Shown here: in pieces, positions 1 to 15,589 of the stretch
How positions within the stretch are numbered: position 1 is the first letter of the stretch
How the letters are laid out: each line of letters begins with the position of its first letter
Origin: the human T2T-CHM13v2.0 reference genome, Homo sapiens
Assembly: GCF_009914755.1 (NCBI RefSeq)
Contig: NC_060939.1
Direction: 5' to 3' (one strand)
DNA length: 64,000 bases
Program-made: the position numbers and the translations under genes
Notes under the pieces: generated by a model
What the model was told of the DNA's origin: nothing
The model's database searches: none
The model's input: only the letters and a program-made list of their open reading frames with translations

Positions 1-2600
<2,600 letters not shown>

Positions 2601-2620
2601 TTAACCACTTTTTTGACCTG

Positions 2621-2961
2621 TCAGTTGGCCCTTCCTTATCCATGGGTTCTGCATCCATGGATTAAACCAACCATGGGTAGAAAATATTTGAAAAAAAAAA
2701 AACACAATGAAAAATAACAATATACAATAAAAATAATACAAACAAAAAAGCAATAGAATGTAGTGACTATTTACATAGCATTTACATTGTATTAGGTATT
2801 ATAAGTAATCTAGAAATAATTTATATAATGGATGGTATGCATAGGTTATATTCAGATACCATGTCATTTTATATATGAGACTTAAGAACTCATGGATTTT
2901 GATATAGACAGAATATAGGGGTTCAGGAACCAATCCCCTGCCAATACCAAAGGATGGTTAT
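2621..2961 (-). mobile_element. MER2-like Tigger MITE
   Basis: Contains ctatttacatagcatttacattgtattaggtattataagtaatctaga and ggaaccaatcccc, the reverse complement of the MER2 consensus. Confidence 0.8.
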
Positions 2962-4850
2962 ACTTTAAGGACATTGAAATCCACTGTATTTCACCTGCAT
3001 TGTTTCTGATGAAGAATCTGCGGTCATAGTTTCCTTTGTTCCTTTGTGTTTCATGTGTTTTTCCCCCCTGTGAATTATTTTAAGTTCTTCTCCTTACTAC
3101 TGGGTTTGAGCATTTTGATTATAATGTGCCTTAGGGTAGTATTCTTGGTATTTTCCCTAAGTATGAAAAATACTTAGGGATCTTGAGCTACTTAGATTTT
3201 TGGCTTCGTACTTTTCATTAAATGTTAAAAATTTCAATCATTATTTCCTCAAATGTATATTTTTCTGGTTCTTCCATCTGTTTCCTCTTTAAAGGCCCCA
3301 ATTGCACATATTTTGTGGTGTCTGAAGTTGATCTACAGCTTGTTGATGCTCTTTCCTTTAAATATTTTTCTTTTATTTAAGTTTTATTTTAGATTTTATT
3401 GCTGTATCTTCAAGTTCACTATTCTTTTCTACTGTGATGTCTAACCTACAGTTAATCTTTTCTAGTATTATTTTTAATCTCAGATATCTTAGTTTTTATC
3501 TCTAGAAGTTTGATTTAGGTCTTGTTTATATCTTTTCATGTCTCTACTATTTGAATATCCCTGTTTTTAAAATTTTTTCAACATATGGAATACAGTTAAT
3601 GACTCTAATTATCTTTGCTTCTAATTCTAATATTTGCTTCATGTCTGTTTTGCTAATCTAATTCTAGCATTTGTATCAGCCTGGTTGAATTTTGATTGAT
3701 TATTCTTCTCATTATGATTGTGTTTTTCCAGCTTCTTTGCATGCCTACTAATCTTTGTTGACATTTCAGACACTGTGAATTTTATCTTGTTGACTGCTTG
3801 ATATTTTCATATTCCTATAGATATTCTTGAGTATCATTTTGGTGTATAGTTGAGTTAGTTGGAAGCAGCTTGATTCTTTGAATCTTGTGGTTTAGGTTTG
3901 TTAGACAGATCTGGAGAAGTGTTCTGGCAGACTCTAGGGCTAATTACTCCCCACTACTGAGTCAAGATTTTCCTGAGTACTCTACCCAAAGCTGGTATGC
4001 CTTGGTTCTGTATCTCCACCCAAATCTCATATTCAATTGTAATTCCCAGTGTTGGAGGTGGTGCCTGATGGAGGTGAATGGATCATGGGGACAGTTGCTC
4101 ATGAATGGTTTAACACTATCCCCATTTGTACTGCTGTTGTGATAGTGAGTGTGTTCTCATGTGATCCGGTTGTTTACCAGTGTGTATCGCCTCCCCCCAC
4201 CACCACCTTGCTCCTGCTCTGGCCATGTGACAGTGCTTGCTCCCCCTTTGCCTTCTTCCATGATTGTAAGTTTCCTGAGACTTCCTTAGAAGCTGAGCAG
4301 ATGCCAGCACCATGCTTCCAGTACAGCCTGCAGAACCGTTAAACCATTAAACGTTTAACCATGAGCCAGTTGAACCTCTTTTCTTCATAAATTGTCCAGT
4401 CTCAGATATTTCTTTATAGCAATGCAAGAATGGACTAATATAAAAGCCCTGTGAATTTTGACTATTTCCACTCTAGCTGTTGGGAACAGATCCTGTTCCC
4501 AGTCATATGGGGAGACTGGAAACCATTCTTCATCCTTATGGATGGTTTTTGGATGGTTACAAGTAGTCTTCTCACACACATGCACTGGTTACCCAAGCGA
4601 GGACCTTTACAGGTCTCCATGTCACGAGCCATAGGCTAGAAACTCTTTCAAGGCCCTAAGCTGGGGCAATTCTAGGGATAATTTTGCATGTTTGCAGCCT
4701 CAGTGACCACCGTCCTTCATTGCCTGATATAGATTGTCTTGAAAAACATTGTTTCATATAGTTTGTCTGATTTTTGATTGTTTCAAGTGAAAAAGTAAAC
4801 CCAGTTCCAGTTACTTCACCTTGAATGTAGAGCAGAAGTGTTCTTCCTTC
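2962..4850 (-). mobile_element. Ancient L1M fragments, interrupted by an MSTB LTR
   Basis: Antisense L1-like text (tgtttctgatgaagaatctgc, ttgattataatgtgcc, gtatcttcaagttcactattctttt). Confidence 0.55.
3993..4442 (+). mobile_element. MSTB-like MaLR solo LTR
   Basis: cacccaaatctcat...aattgtaattccc...tttctttatagcaatgcaagaatggactaata, with a perfect 5-bp TSD aaagc at 3988-3992 and 4443-4447. Confidence 0.88.
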
Positions 4851-4870
4851 TGGCTGAGTTTGATGTCACA

Positions 4871-5040
4871 AGCAATTCTTGCCTTTCCTGTCACCCCTCT
4901 GAGGCCCAGGTGGGCCAGTGGAGCCACTGAGCACCGTCCAGCCAGTCCTCCAACTGTCTGTAGACACATTAGGTGTGTCCAACCCAGCTGACTCCCGCAC
5001 ACAATGCCACTCCACACAATCATCAGTTGTTGGCCAATGA
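4871..5040. repeat. Left arm of 170-bp inverted duplication (partner 8399-8568)
   Basis: The reverse complement aligns without gaps to 8399-8568, with 17 mismatches counted by eye. It also shows up as paralogous ORFs 4866-5093(-) and 8253-8636(+). Confidence 0.95.
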
Positions 5041-5960
5041 TGGCTGCTTCTCTGCAGGTTAGCATTTGTGGATGTTGAATTTCTTCTAGACACTGAGTTT
5101 GAGGAACTACTTCTTAGATTGGGAGTAGCAGGAGGACTTACTTGCTTTAGCTATGGTTTCACTGGGATACTCTTTATTAGGTCGTGTTTGTCACAGGGCA
5201 GGGATGTGCAGTTGTTAGGAGGATAGGTAGAGTCATATTAGCTTTGTGCTCACCACTGTTATGTTTCCAAACAAGCCACTGCTAGGTTGTGGAAAGAATG
5301 GAAATAATGAGGTCATATGACCTTTCTCCAGTGGTTTGTTTCCTCCAAGGCAGTCCTTGAATCTGGATTAATCAATTGACCACTGGCTGATTTTAGGAAG
5401 AGATGGCAGAAGGGGACTTTTCTTGAAGAGAGGTTCCCATAACTCAGTTTTTTTTTTTTTTTAAGATATGGTCAGTGCAAACTAGAGTGTTTAGGGATTG
5501 TTTGGGTATTATGATGTAGATGAAGATATAGTGTGATAACTACTGTATGTGTGGTTATATAAATTTTAAAGTGATTACATAGGAAACCATTTTTACCTGA
5601 GTCAACCACAACAGTGAGAAGCTTCAACTTTTAAAATATTCCTACCAGTAAACTCAACCTTCTTCCAACAACAAATAGACTTCAAAAATAGTCAGCATTT
5701 TACTAAACTATTTAAAACTTTCCAGCCATTACATCACTCATTGTATAACTGTAATACAATTTGCTGAAGGCTGCTGACTGAACTCGCACTCGAAGGACAC
5801 ACAGTAGTGTTTTCTGTCAGGGCTCACTGGCCCACAGGGGGATTTTCCAGTGTTGTCCAGGACACCAATTCAGTGCCTGAATCATCCACACTTTCCTGGC
5901 AGCAAGCTATCCTTCAAAGATAGCACTTCCTCCCTCAGCATGGATTCTGATTTCACAAAT

Positions 5961-6127
5961 AGTTTTAGAAATTTTAGCAGTGGGCTCATGGTGGTATTTG
6001 TCTAAACTATTTAACATTTTCTCTCAGCATTTTAATTTGTTAAATATCTTAATGAAGCCATTCTACTTTTAGTGCAGCATTTCATTTTTTTCTTTAGATA
6101 TTATTTTTATTTTTAAGCTAAGAAATT
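5961..6127 (+). repeat. First copy of ~165-bp direct duplication (partner 8663-9022, Alu-interrupted)
   Basis: Both copies share agttttagaaatttt, gtatttgtctaaactatttaacatttt, ttgttaaatatcttaatgaagc and agtgcagcatttcattttttt..ctttagatattatttttatttttaag. Confidence 0.92.
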
Positions 6128-6186
6128 TATGCTGTAAAAATGTGGGATGTGCGGAATAGTATAAAAACTAGAAATAAAAGCCATGC

Positions 6187-6572
6187 AGCTGGACATGGGG
6201 CTCATGTCTATCATCTCAGCACTTTGGGAGGCCAGGGCAGTAGGATTGCTTAAGGCCAGGAGTTTGAGAGCAGCCTGGGAAACATAGTGAGACCGTGTCT
6301 CTCAAAAAAAAAAAAAAAAAAAGGAAGGAAGGAAGGAAGGAAAGAAGGAAAGAGAGAAAGAGAGAAAGAGAGAAATAGCTAGATCTGGTGGTGTGTGCCT
6401 GTGGTCCCAGCTACTTGGGAGGCTGAGGTGGGAGGATTGCCTGAGCCCAGGAGTTTGAGGTTACAGTGAGCTACGATTGCATCACTGTATTCCAGCCTGG
6501 GTAACAGAATGAGACCCTGACTCGAAAATTAAATAAAATAAAATACAATAAATAAACAAAACAAAACAAAAA
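6187..6572 (+). mobile_element. AluJ with expanded middle A/GGAA/GA-rich tract
   Basis: Two Alu arms with J-type diagnostics (ggaggattgcctgagcccaggagtttgagg). The linker is expanded at about 6304-6376. Confidence 0.88.
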
Positions 6573-6717
6573 CCATATGCCCCTATCCAGAAACTATCAC
6601 ATGTGAATATTTAAATATGTTTTCTTCAAGCTTCTATTACATTTATAAATTACAGAATTTGGTTTTTCTCACATAGCCTTATATCGTTGGTATTCAAGTA
6701 TCATGAAATAGTTTTTA

Positions 6718-6763
6718 TTTTTTTATTTTTTATTTTTTTTAATTTTGTATTTTTATTTTATAT

Positions 6764-6794
<31 letters not shown>

Positions 6795-8227
6795 TTTTTT
6801 ATTGATCATTCTTGGGTGTTTCTCGCAGAGGGGGATTTGGCAGGGTCATAGGACAATAGTGGAGGGAAGGTCAGCAGATAAACAAGTGAACAAAGGTCTC
6901 TGGTTTTCCTAGGCAGAGGTCCCTGCGGCCTTCCGCAGTGTTTGTGTCCCTGGGTACTTGAGATTAGGGAGTGGTGATGACTCTTAACGAGCATGCTGCC
7001 TTCAAGCATCTGTTTAACAAAGCACATCTTGCACCGCCCTTAATCCATTTAACCCTGAGTGGACACAGCACATGTTTCAGAGAGCACAGGGCTGGGGGTA
7101 AGGTCACAGATCAACAGGATCCCAAGGCAGAAGAATTTTTCTTAGTACAGAACAAAATGAAAAGTCTGCCATGTATACTTCTTTCTACACAGACATGGCA
7201 ACCATCCGATTTCTCAATCTTTTCCCCACCTTTCCCCCCTTTCTATTCCACAAAACCGCCATTGTCATCATGGCCCGTTCTCAATGAGCTGTTGGGTACA
7301 CCTCCCAGACGGGGTGGTGGCCTGGCAGAGGGGCTCCTCACTTCCCAGTAGGGGCGGCTGGGCAGAGGCGCCCCTCACCTCCAGGACGGGGTGGCTGGCC
7401 GGGCGGGGGGGGCTGACCCCCCCACCTCCCTCCCGGACGGGGCGGCTGGCCGGGCAGAGGGGCTCCTCACTTCCCAGTAGGGGCGGCCGGGCAGAGGCGC
7501 CCCTCACCTCCTGGACGGGGCGGCTGGCCGGGCGGGGGGCTGACCCCCCACCTCCCTCCCGGACGGGGCGGCTGTCCGGGCGGGGGGCTGAACCCCCAAC
7601 TCCCTCCCGGACGGGGCGGCTGACCCGGCGGGGGGCTGACCCCCCTACCTCCCTCCCAGACGGGGCGGCTGGCCGGGCGGGGGGCTGACCCCCCCACCTC
7701 CCTCCCGGACGGGGTGGCTGCCGGGCGGAGAGGCTCCTCACTTCCCAGACGGGGTGGCTGCCGGGCGGAGGGGCTCCTCACTTCTCAGATGGGGCAGTTG
7801 CCAGGCAGAAGGTCTCCTCACTTCTCAGACGGGGCGGCCGGGCAGAGACGCTCCTCACATCCCAGACGGGGTGGCGGGGCAGAGGCGGTCCCCACATCTC
7901 AGACGATGGGCGGCCGGGCAGAGACGCTCCTCACTTCCTGGATGTGATGGCGGCCGGGAAGAGGCGCTCCTCACTTCCTAGATGGGATGGCGGCCGGGCA
8001 GAGACGCTCCCCACTTTCCGGACTGGGCAGCCAGGCAGAGGGGCTCCTCACATCCCAGACGATGGGCGGTCAGGCAGAGACACTCCTCACTTCCCAGACG
8101 GGGTGGCGGCCGGGCAGAGGCTGCAATCTTGGCATTTTGGGAGGCCAAGGCAGGCGGCTGGGAGGTGGAGGTTGTAGCCAGCCGAGATCAGGCCACTGCA
8201 CTCCAGCCTGGGCACCATTGAGCACTC
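6718..8227 (-). mobile_element. SVA retrotransposon (SVA_D-like), 5'-truncated, antisense to GABRG3
   Basis: Poly(T)/(TTTA)n tail at 6718-6800, SINE-R at ~6801-7300, GC-rich VNTR at ~7300-8110, and an Alu-like domain ending at ggcaccattgagcact. No CCCTCT hexamer. 16-bp TSD catgaaatagttttta at 6702-6717 and 8228-8243. Confidence 0.96.
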
Positions 8228-8398
8228 CATGAAATAGTTTTTAAACTGCATCTTGATTGTTTTATGTTTCCCAGTTGTCAGACATTTATTTGGTCTTAAA
8301 ATTTTCATTATGATAAACAACACCAATGCAGAAATTTTTTACCTGCATTCGACATTTGTATTAGTTACATATTGCTGTAAAATAAACCGCCTTAAGAT

Positions 8399-8568
8399 TC
8401 ACTGGCCTACGACTGATGACTGTGTGGACTGGCATTGTGAGCGGGAGTCAGCTGGGCTGGACATACCTAATATGTCTACAGGCAGTTGGAGGACTGGCTG
8501 GATGGTGCCCAGTGGCTCCATTGGCCCATCTGGGCCTCAGCGGGGTGACTGGAAAGGCAAGAATAGCT
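8399..8568. repeat. Right arm of 170-bp inverted duplication
   Basis: See 4871-5040. Confidence 0.95.
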
Positions 8569-8715
8569 GGGCCCCTCCGGGTGGTCATGCAAAGATAGCA
8601 TTTTATTTTATTTTATTCTATTTTATTTTTCTGTAAGTTATTGGGGGTACAGGTGGTATAACAGTTTTAGAAATTTTCTAGCAGGATCATGGCAGTATTT
8701 GTCTAAACTATTTAA

Positions 8716-8933
<218 letters not shown>

Positions 8934-9761
8934 TAAATATCTTAATGAAGCAGTGTGCTTTGAGTGCAGCATTTCATTTTTTTCTTTAGATATTATTTTT
9001 ATTTTTAAGTTAAAAAGAAATTGTGAGACCTTGAACAAACTTTTGAGTCAATTACTATATAGGAAACAAAATCATGTTATCCTCTTTTACCCTTTCTCTT
9101 ATTCGTTGTGCTCAAGCCTCTGATCTAGAACTGGAAGAAGCTTCAGCTCTAGCCACGTTGCTGCAAAGGACAGAATTTCACTCTTTTAATTTTGAGACAG
9201 GGGCTTGCTCTGTCTCAAGGTGTCTAGTGTGAGCTTATTCATATAGGAGCAGTCGGAATTTGGATGAGACTAGAAGCAAGTCTTGTTCAGAATTCATACA
9301 GCATCACTTTTATGATATTCTGTTAGTCAAAGCAAGCTGCAAGTCTGACCTAGATCAAGTAGAGTCTACCCTTGGTGGTAGAGTTTGTGGCCAATTTCAA
9401 TTTACCATGACAGTTTTTCCCTAATTTGTACCTTTGGAAGTGGAACTACTTGTCCAAAGGATGCAAACTTTCCATAAAAATTAACTTGATATATATGTTC
9501 ACCAGCAGTGCATCAGAGTGACCATCTCAAAATCTTACCAGCCTTTTACCAGTTCTAGGCAAAGCTTTGAATGTAATGAATAAGAGAAAGGGTAAATGAG
9601 AATAACATCATTTGATCTTGTATATAGTTATTGACTCTCATCTGGACCAGTGTTTGTGGACTTTATCTAGACATATATTTTCTCAAAGCAAAATCTGGAA
9701 AAAGTTTCTTCAATAAAACTTTTTTTTACATTCCTAGTTTTTTTTTTGTCTTCCAACTTTT

Positions 9762-10105
<344 letters not shown>

Positions 10106-10394
10106 TCATATAGGTAAATTTCATGTCATGGGGATTTGGTGTGTCCAGATTATTTCATCACCCAGGTAATAAGCATAGTAACCGATAGGTAGTTTTTTGA
10201 TTCTCACCTTCCTTTCATCTCTACTTTCAAATAGGCCTGGTGTCTGTTGTTCCTTTCTATTTGTCTGTGTGTACTCAGTGTTTGGCTCCTCACTTGTAAG
10301 TGAGAACATGCAGTATTTGGTTTTCTGTTCCTGCATTAGTTCACTTAGGATAATGGTCTCCAACTCTATGTTGTTGTAAAGGACATGATCTCGT

Positions 10395-10553
10395 TTGTTT
10401 TTTTTTTCTTTTTTTTGAGACAGGGTGTTGCTCTGTTGCCCAGGCCGGAGTGTGGTGGCACAATTGGGCTTACTGCAGCCTCGAACTCCTGGGCTCAAGT
10501 AATCCTCCCAGCTCAGCCTCCTGAGTTGCTGGGACCACATGCACACACCACCA
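10395..10553 (-). mobile_element. AluJ/FRAM partial (right arm)
   Basis: gagacagggtgttgctctgttgcccagg...cctcgaactcctgggctcaag. Confidence 0.8.
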
Positions 10554-10637
10554 ATCCAGAGTTGTTGGGTATTTAGTTTGATTCCATATCTTTGCTGTTG
10601 TGAATAGTGCTGCAATGAACATACATGTGCATGTGTC

Positions 10638-10937
10638 TTTTTTTTTTTTGTTTTTTGAGACAGGGTCTTGTTCTGTCATCCTGGCTGGAGCACAGTGGCA
10701 TAATCTTGGCTCACTGCAGCCTCTGCTCTCCAGGCTCAAGCGATCCTCCCATCTCAGCCTCTTGAGTAGTTGGGACCACAGGTGTGCACCACCATCCCTG
10801 GCTAATTTTTCATATTTTTAGTAGGGAAGGGGTCTCACCATGTTGCCCAGGCTGGTCTCGAACTCCTGAGCTCAAGTCAGCCTGCATCAGCCTCTCAAAG
10901 TATTGGGATTATAGGTGTGAACCACTGTGCCTGGCCC
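10638..10937 (-). mobile_element. AluJ
   Basis: Full dimer with TSD tgcatgtgtcttt on both sides. Confidence 0.88.
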
Positions 10938-13394
10938 ACATGCATGTGTCTTTATAGTAGAATGATTTGTATTCCTTTGGTTATATACCCAATAATAGGA
11001 TTGTTGGGGCAAATGTTTGCTCTGTTTTAAGTTCTTTGAGAAATCACCATACTACTTTCCACAGTGGCTGAACTAATTTACATTCCCATCAGCAGTGGAT
11101 AAGCGTTCCTTTTTCTCTACAACCTCACCAGCATCTGTTATTTTTTGGCTTCCTAATAATAGCCATTCTGACTGGTGTGAGATGGTATCTCATTGTGGTT
11201 TTGATTTGCATTTCTCTAATGACCAGTGATGTTGAGCATTTTTTCATATACTGCATATATGTCTTCTTTTGAGAAGTGTTTGTTTCATGTCCTTTACCCA
11301 TTATTGATGGGGTTTTTTGTTTTTTGCTTGCTGGTTTGTTTAATTTCCTTATAGATTCTGGATATTGGACTTTTATTGGATGCATAGTTTGCAAATATTT
11401 TCATCCATTCTGTAGGTTGTTTACTCTGTTGATAGTTTCTTTTACTCTGCAGAAGCTCTTTAGTTTAATTAGGTCCCTTTTGTCAATTTTTGCTTTTTTT
11501 GCAATTGCTTTTGATGTATTCATCATGAAATCTTTGTTCAGTATATGTTATCTACTGTCCATCTTCTCTTTCTGGAGCATAATACAAACTCTTACTAAAC
11601 ATACTACAGCTAGTGTTACATATGACAGGTAACTGGTATTGAATTGAAATTAGCCTTAAGTGTTCCCAGCATATGGGCCTTTTAAAATTAATTTAGCTAA
11701 ATAATTATATTTTATGTGCATTAAAATAACAACAGAAAAATTCACATCCAGAATCAGTGTTGAAAATATGTAAGTATGTATTAACCTACTCAAATGCATT
11801 AGAACGTAATCACTAAGTATTTGGCATTAGTTTATACTGTTAATCTGGAAGGTTAAACATGAGCCCACGTGGCTAAAAAGAGTAACTCACTCTCAATAGT
11901 CTCATATTCTGAATATTTGTATTGCAGGTTCAGGTGACTTTTTCTTGTCACTCAAAAAATGTGCACATGCCCTTAATTTTCACTCCAAAAATAGATGAAC
12001 AGTTCTTCCAAATATAGATGGGATAGGAATCTTTTGGCTGACAATCACTCAGAGATTCAGTCGAGAATTGAATCTGGGGTACTCTGCTGTGCTAGAAGTT
12101 GGCAGGCCTGTGTGGCCTCCATAAATAAAACTAATTAATCTGGCTGTTTTCTTAAATTCCCATATTGCTTGTCTAAATATCAGGTGCTGGCAGCTTTTTT
12201 TTTTATAACATTCTCCCCCCACCACTCCCTACCATCCCCCTGCAAAAGGGCACACACCTCATTTTTTTAAGTTGGAAGGAAAGGGAAGGAGAGAATATTA
12301 ATCCGGTAAATGGCACCCGCAGAGCAGCCACTGCTCACTTTCAGGGTCGCCGTGAGCGGACATCTCTGCAGTGCTGCTCTGGGGTAAAGCTCAGCTGAGG
12401 CGATGATGGGTGTCAGTTGGCCTTTTCAATGGCACCTCGCTAGGGGCTGAGTCAGAAGAAAATCCAGCATCTGTTCCCATTCTCAGTTCAGCTGCAGCCC
12501 CCATGGATGAGGAATGTTTCCAGAGAAGAGAGGTAGGGGTGGGACGGGGCGAGGATGTAGAGCAAGGAGAGGGAAGAAAGTGCAGGGGACAGGACGGTAG
12601 GCTCTGACAGTCCTAGGCTGAGCTCAGACTCTGCTCACGGTGCCGTCTGGAAGACACTGCGTCCCCAGCTCACTCTTCAGCTGCCCTGAGCATCGACACA
12701 TACTCCACAGGTGCACACTGGACTGCTGCGGGCTCCTCTAGGTTGACATAAAGAATTCCAAGTTGAGAGAGCTCGAATACTGATAGCAAACCGTGTAGAA
12801 CAAGCCGTCAGTGTTGTAATAGGGTGGGTTGGTCTTGGGAATCTTTTTGCTTTTCTTCTCAGTTTTGTTCTGATGTCCCCTTACTGAGCTGGTTATATAG
12901 ACTGGAAAGTACTAGTCCTACCAAGATATTTGCATTTTTGTCAGAGGACACATGACGATTGAAAAAACCGTTAGGATCCAATATATACATCCTACATATT
13001 TACATATTTAGATAAACAAACAAGCAAAAGTTCTAGCCAGGTAAGGAAGAAATTTGGGAAAGGCTGAGAAAGGTTTCCAGTATTTTTCAGCTTCTAATAT
13101 GTATTTGTTTGCCTAGGACTTTACTTAGTGAGCCTACTGCTAAGACCATACTCATGTTCTAAATGCTCAGGGAAAGCTAACAATGCCTACATTAGGACAG
13201 TTCTCATCCTCAAGGCAATGAAAGCCTTTTGAGGCCCAAACAGTATCATCAATCCAAATTTGGAGCCAGATTCAAAAGGGCAGCCAGGAAGGTCTGGCCA
13301 TCCTATGGTGATCACACATATGCCCCAGCACAGAACTGACCATCTCTCCTAAGATGTAAAGCATGCTTAAAGTGGGAGTCCTAGATTCCTCAGG

Positions 13395-13520
13395 CAACTT
13401 CTTCTTCCTCTTCCTCTTCCTTTCCTCCTCCTCCTCCTGCTCCTCCTCCTCCACCACCTCTTCCTCCTTCTGCTTCTGCTGCTTCTTCTTCTTTCTTCAT
13501 TCTTCTTTCTTCTTCTTTTT
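13395..13520. repeat. (CTT/CCT)n polypyrimidine low-complexity tract (expanded Alu tail)
   Basis: cttcttcttcctcttcctc...cttcttctttt lies directly against an antisense Alu. Confidence 0.9.
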
Positions 13521-13695
13521 TTTGACAGGCTCTCACTCCTTCATCCAGGCTGGAGTGCAGTGGTATGATCATGGCTTACTGCAACCTCTGCCTCCAGGGC
13601 TCAAGTGATCCTTCCACCTCAGCCTCCCAAGTAGCTGGAGCTACAGGCACATACTACCAAGCCCAGCTAATTTTTGTAGTTTTTGTAGAGCCGGT
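13513..13695 (-). mobile_element. AluJ partial
   Basis: Right arm plus linker. The sequence becomes scrambled after gtagagcc. Confidence 0.8.
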
Positions 13696-14378
13696 GTTGC
13701 ATACCTAAGCTAAGGTGTTGCACACAAGGCTGATATGTCACATACCTAGGTTGATAGCTTGGGATCTAGGGTAATTTGTTGGATATCCAGAGCTGTGTGC
13801 CACCCCTCCTCCATAGGCACCTTCCTAGGAATTTTGTCCTCTCTCTGTTTGTGCTTTCACCTGAAAGAAAGATTCTTCATCAAGGAACGCCCAGGCCACA
13901 GAATGAACAGGGTGATAACTTTAGCAATCAGGGTAAGCAGCTAATTAAATATTCTAGAAATGCAGTAACTTGCTTGATTCTTTTACCTAGAACAACTGAG
14001 ATAGCTTCACTGTGGTCAAAACAATAGCCCCAGGCATTCCTAAATTTAAGAGAAGATCCAGGGTAACATCAGTTTGGCTCTTGGACAATAGCAGGGTTAG
14101 ATTAAGTTGGGACTGGCCAACTTCATGCTCTCAAGTCATTTCCACACCATTTTCCACCTTCTCTCTTGAAGCTCTTGCCTCCTTTGAGCTTCACTTTCAC
14201 ACATTTCCCTCTCCCCTTTCTCATCTCTGTTGTTCTCTATTTAAAAACACACCCATATCCCAAACTCCTGGTTGTTGTAGATGTGGGACATGCTCAGTTT
14301 GAAAGAGCTTAATCTCCATTGCCTTTGCCGTTCCACTATCCTCAGATCTGGTCCTTGACATAACTCAGAGAGGCTTAA

Positions 14379-15059
<681 letters not shown>

Positions 15060-15124
15060 TAAAATATGTTTTCCAATCTGCTAGTTTAGCCTAGGTCAGG
15101 ATACTACTTAGATCTACAATTCTA

Positions 15125-15421
<297 letters not shown>

Positions 15422-15589
15422 AGATCTACAATTCTAATTCACCTCTGGAAAATTGAGGTGCATGGCTATTCTGTCAGATTCTTGAAGTTCTCACATATAG
15501 ACTCTTAACACATTTTCATTGAGTTCAGTAGTGGTGGATAACTAAATAGCTTACTTTTTCTGCTGCTCTTTGTTCCTTCTTGTAGATCC

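Noticed and set aside
5041-5960. Possible processed pseudogene (poly-T at ~5447-5462)
   Set aside because: I saw no TSD, appropriately placed poly(A) signal or recognisable reading frame. BLAST would settle it.
7300-8110. CRISPR-like repeat array or prokaryotic system
   Set aside because: This is primate DNA. The repeats are contiguous SVA VNTR units without unique spacers.
6806-8326. Dense stack of overlapping Pro/Arg/Gly-rich ORFs up to 157 aa
   Set aside because: All lie inside the SVA SINE-R/VNTR, where GC-rich repeats lack stop codons.
4811-8636. Paralogous ORFs (HWPTTDDCV..WRTGW) as a small gene family
   Set aside because: They reflect the DNA-level inverted duplication of LTR-derived sequence. 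Similarity stops at the arm ends, and there is no shared start or stop.
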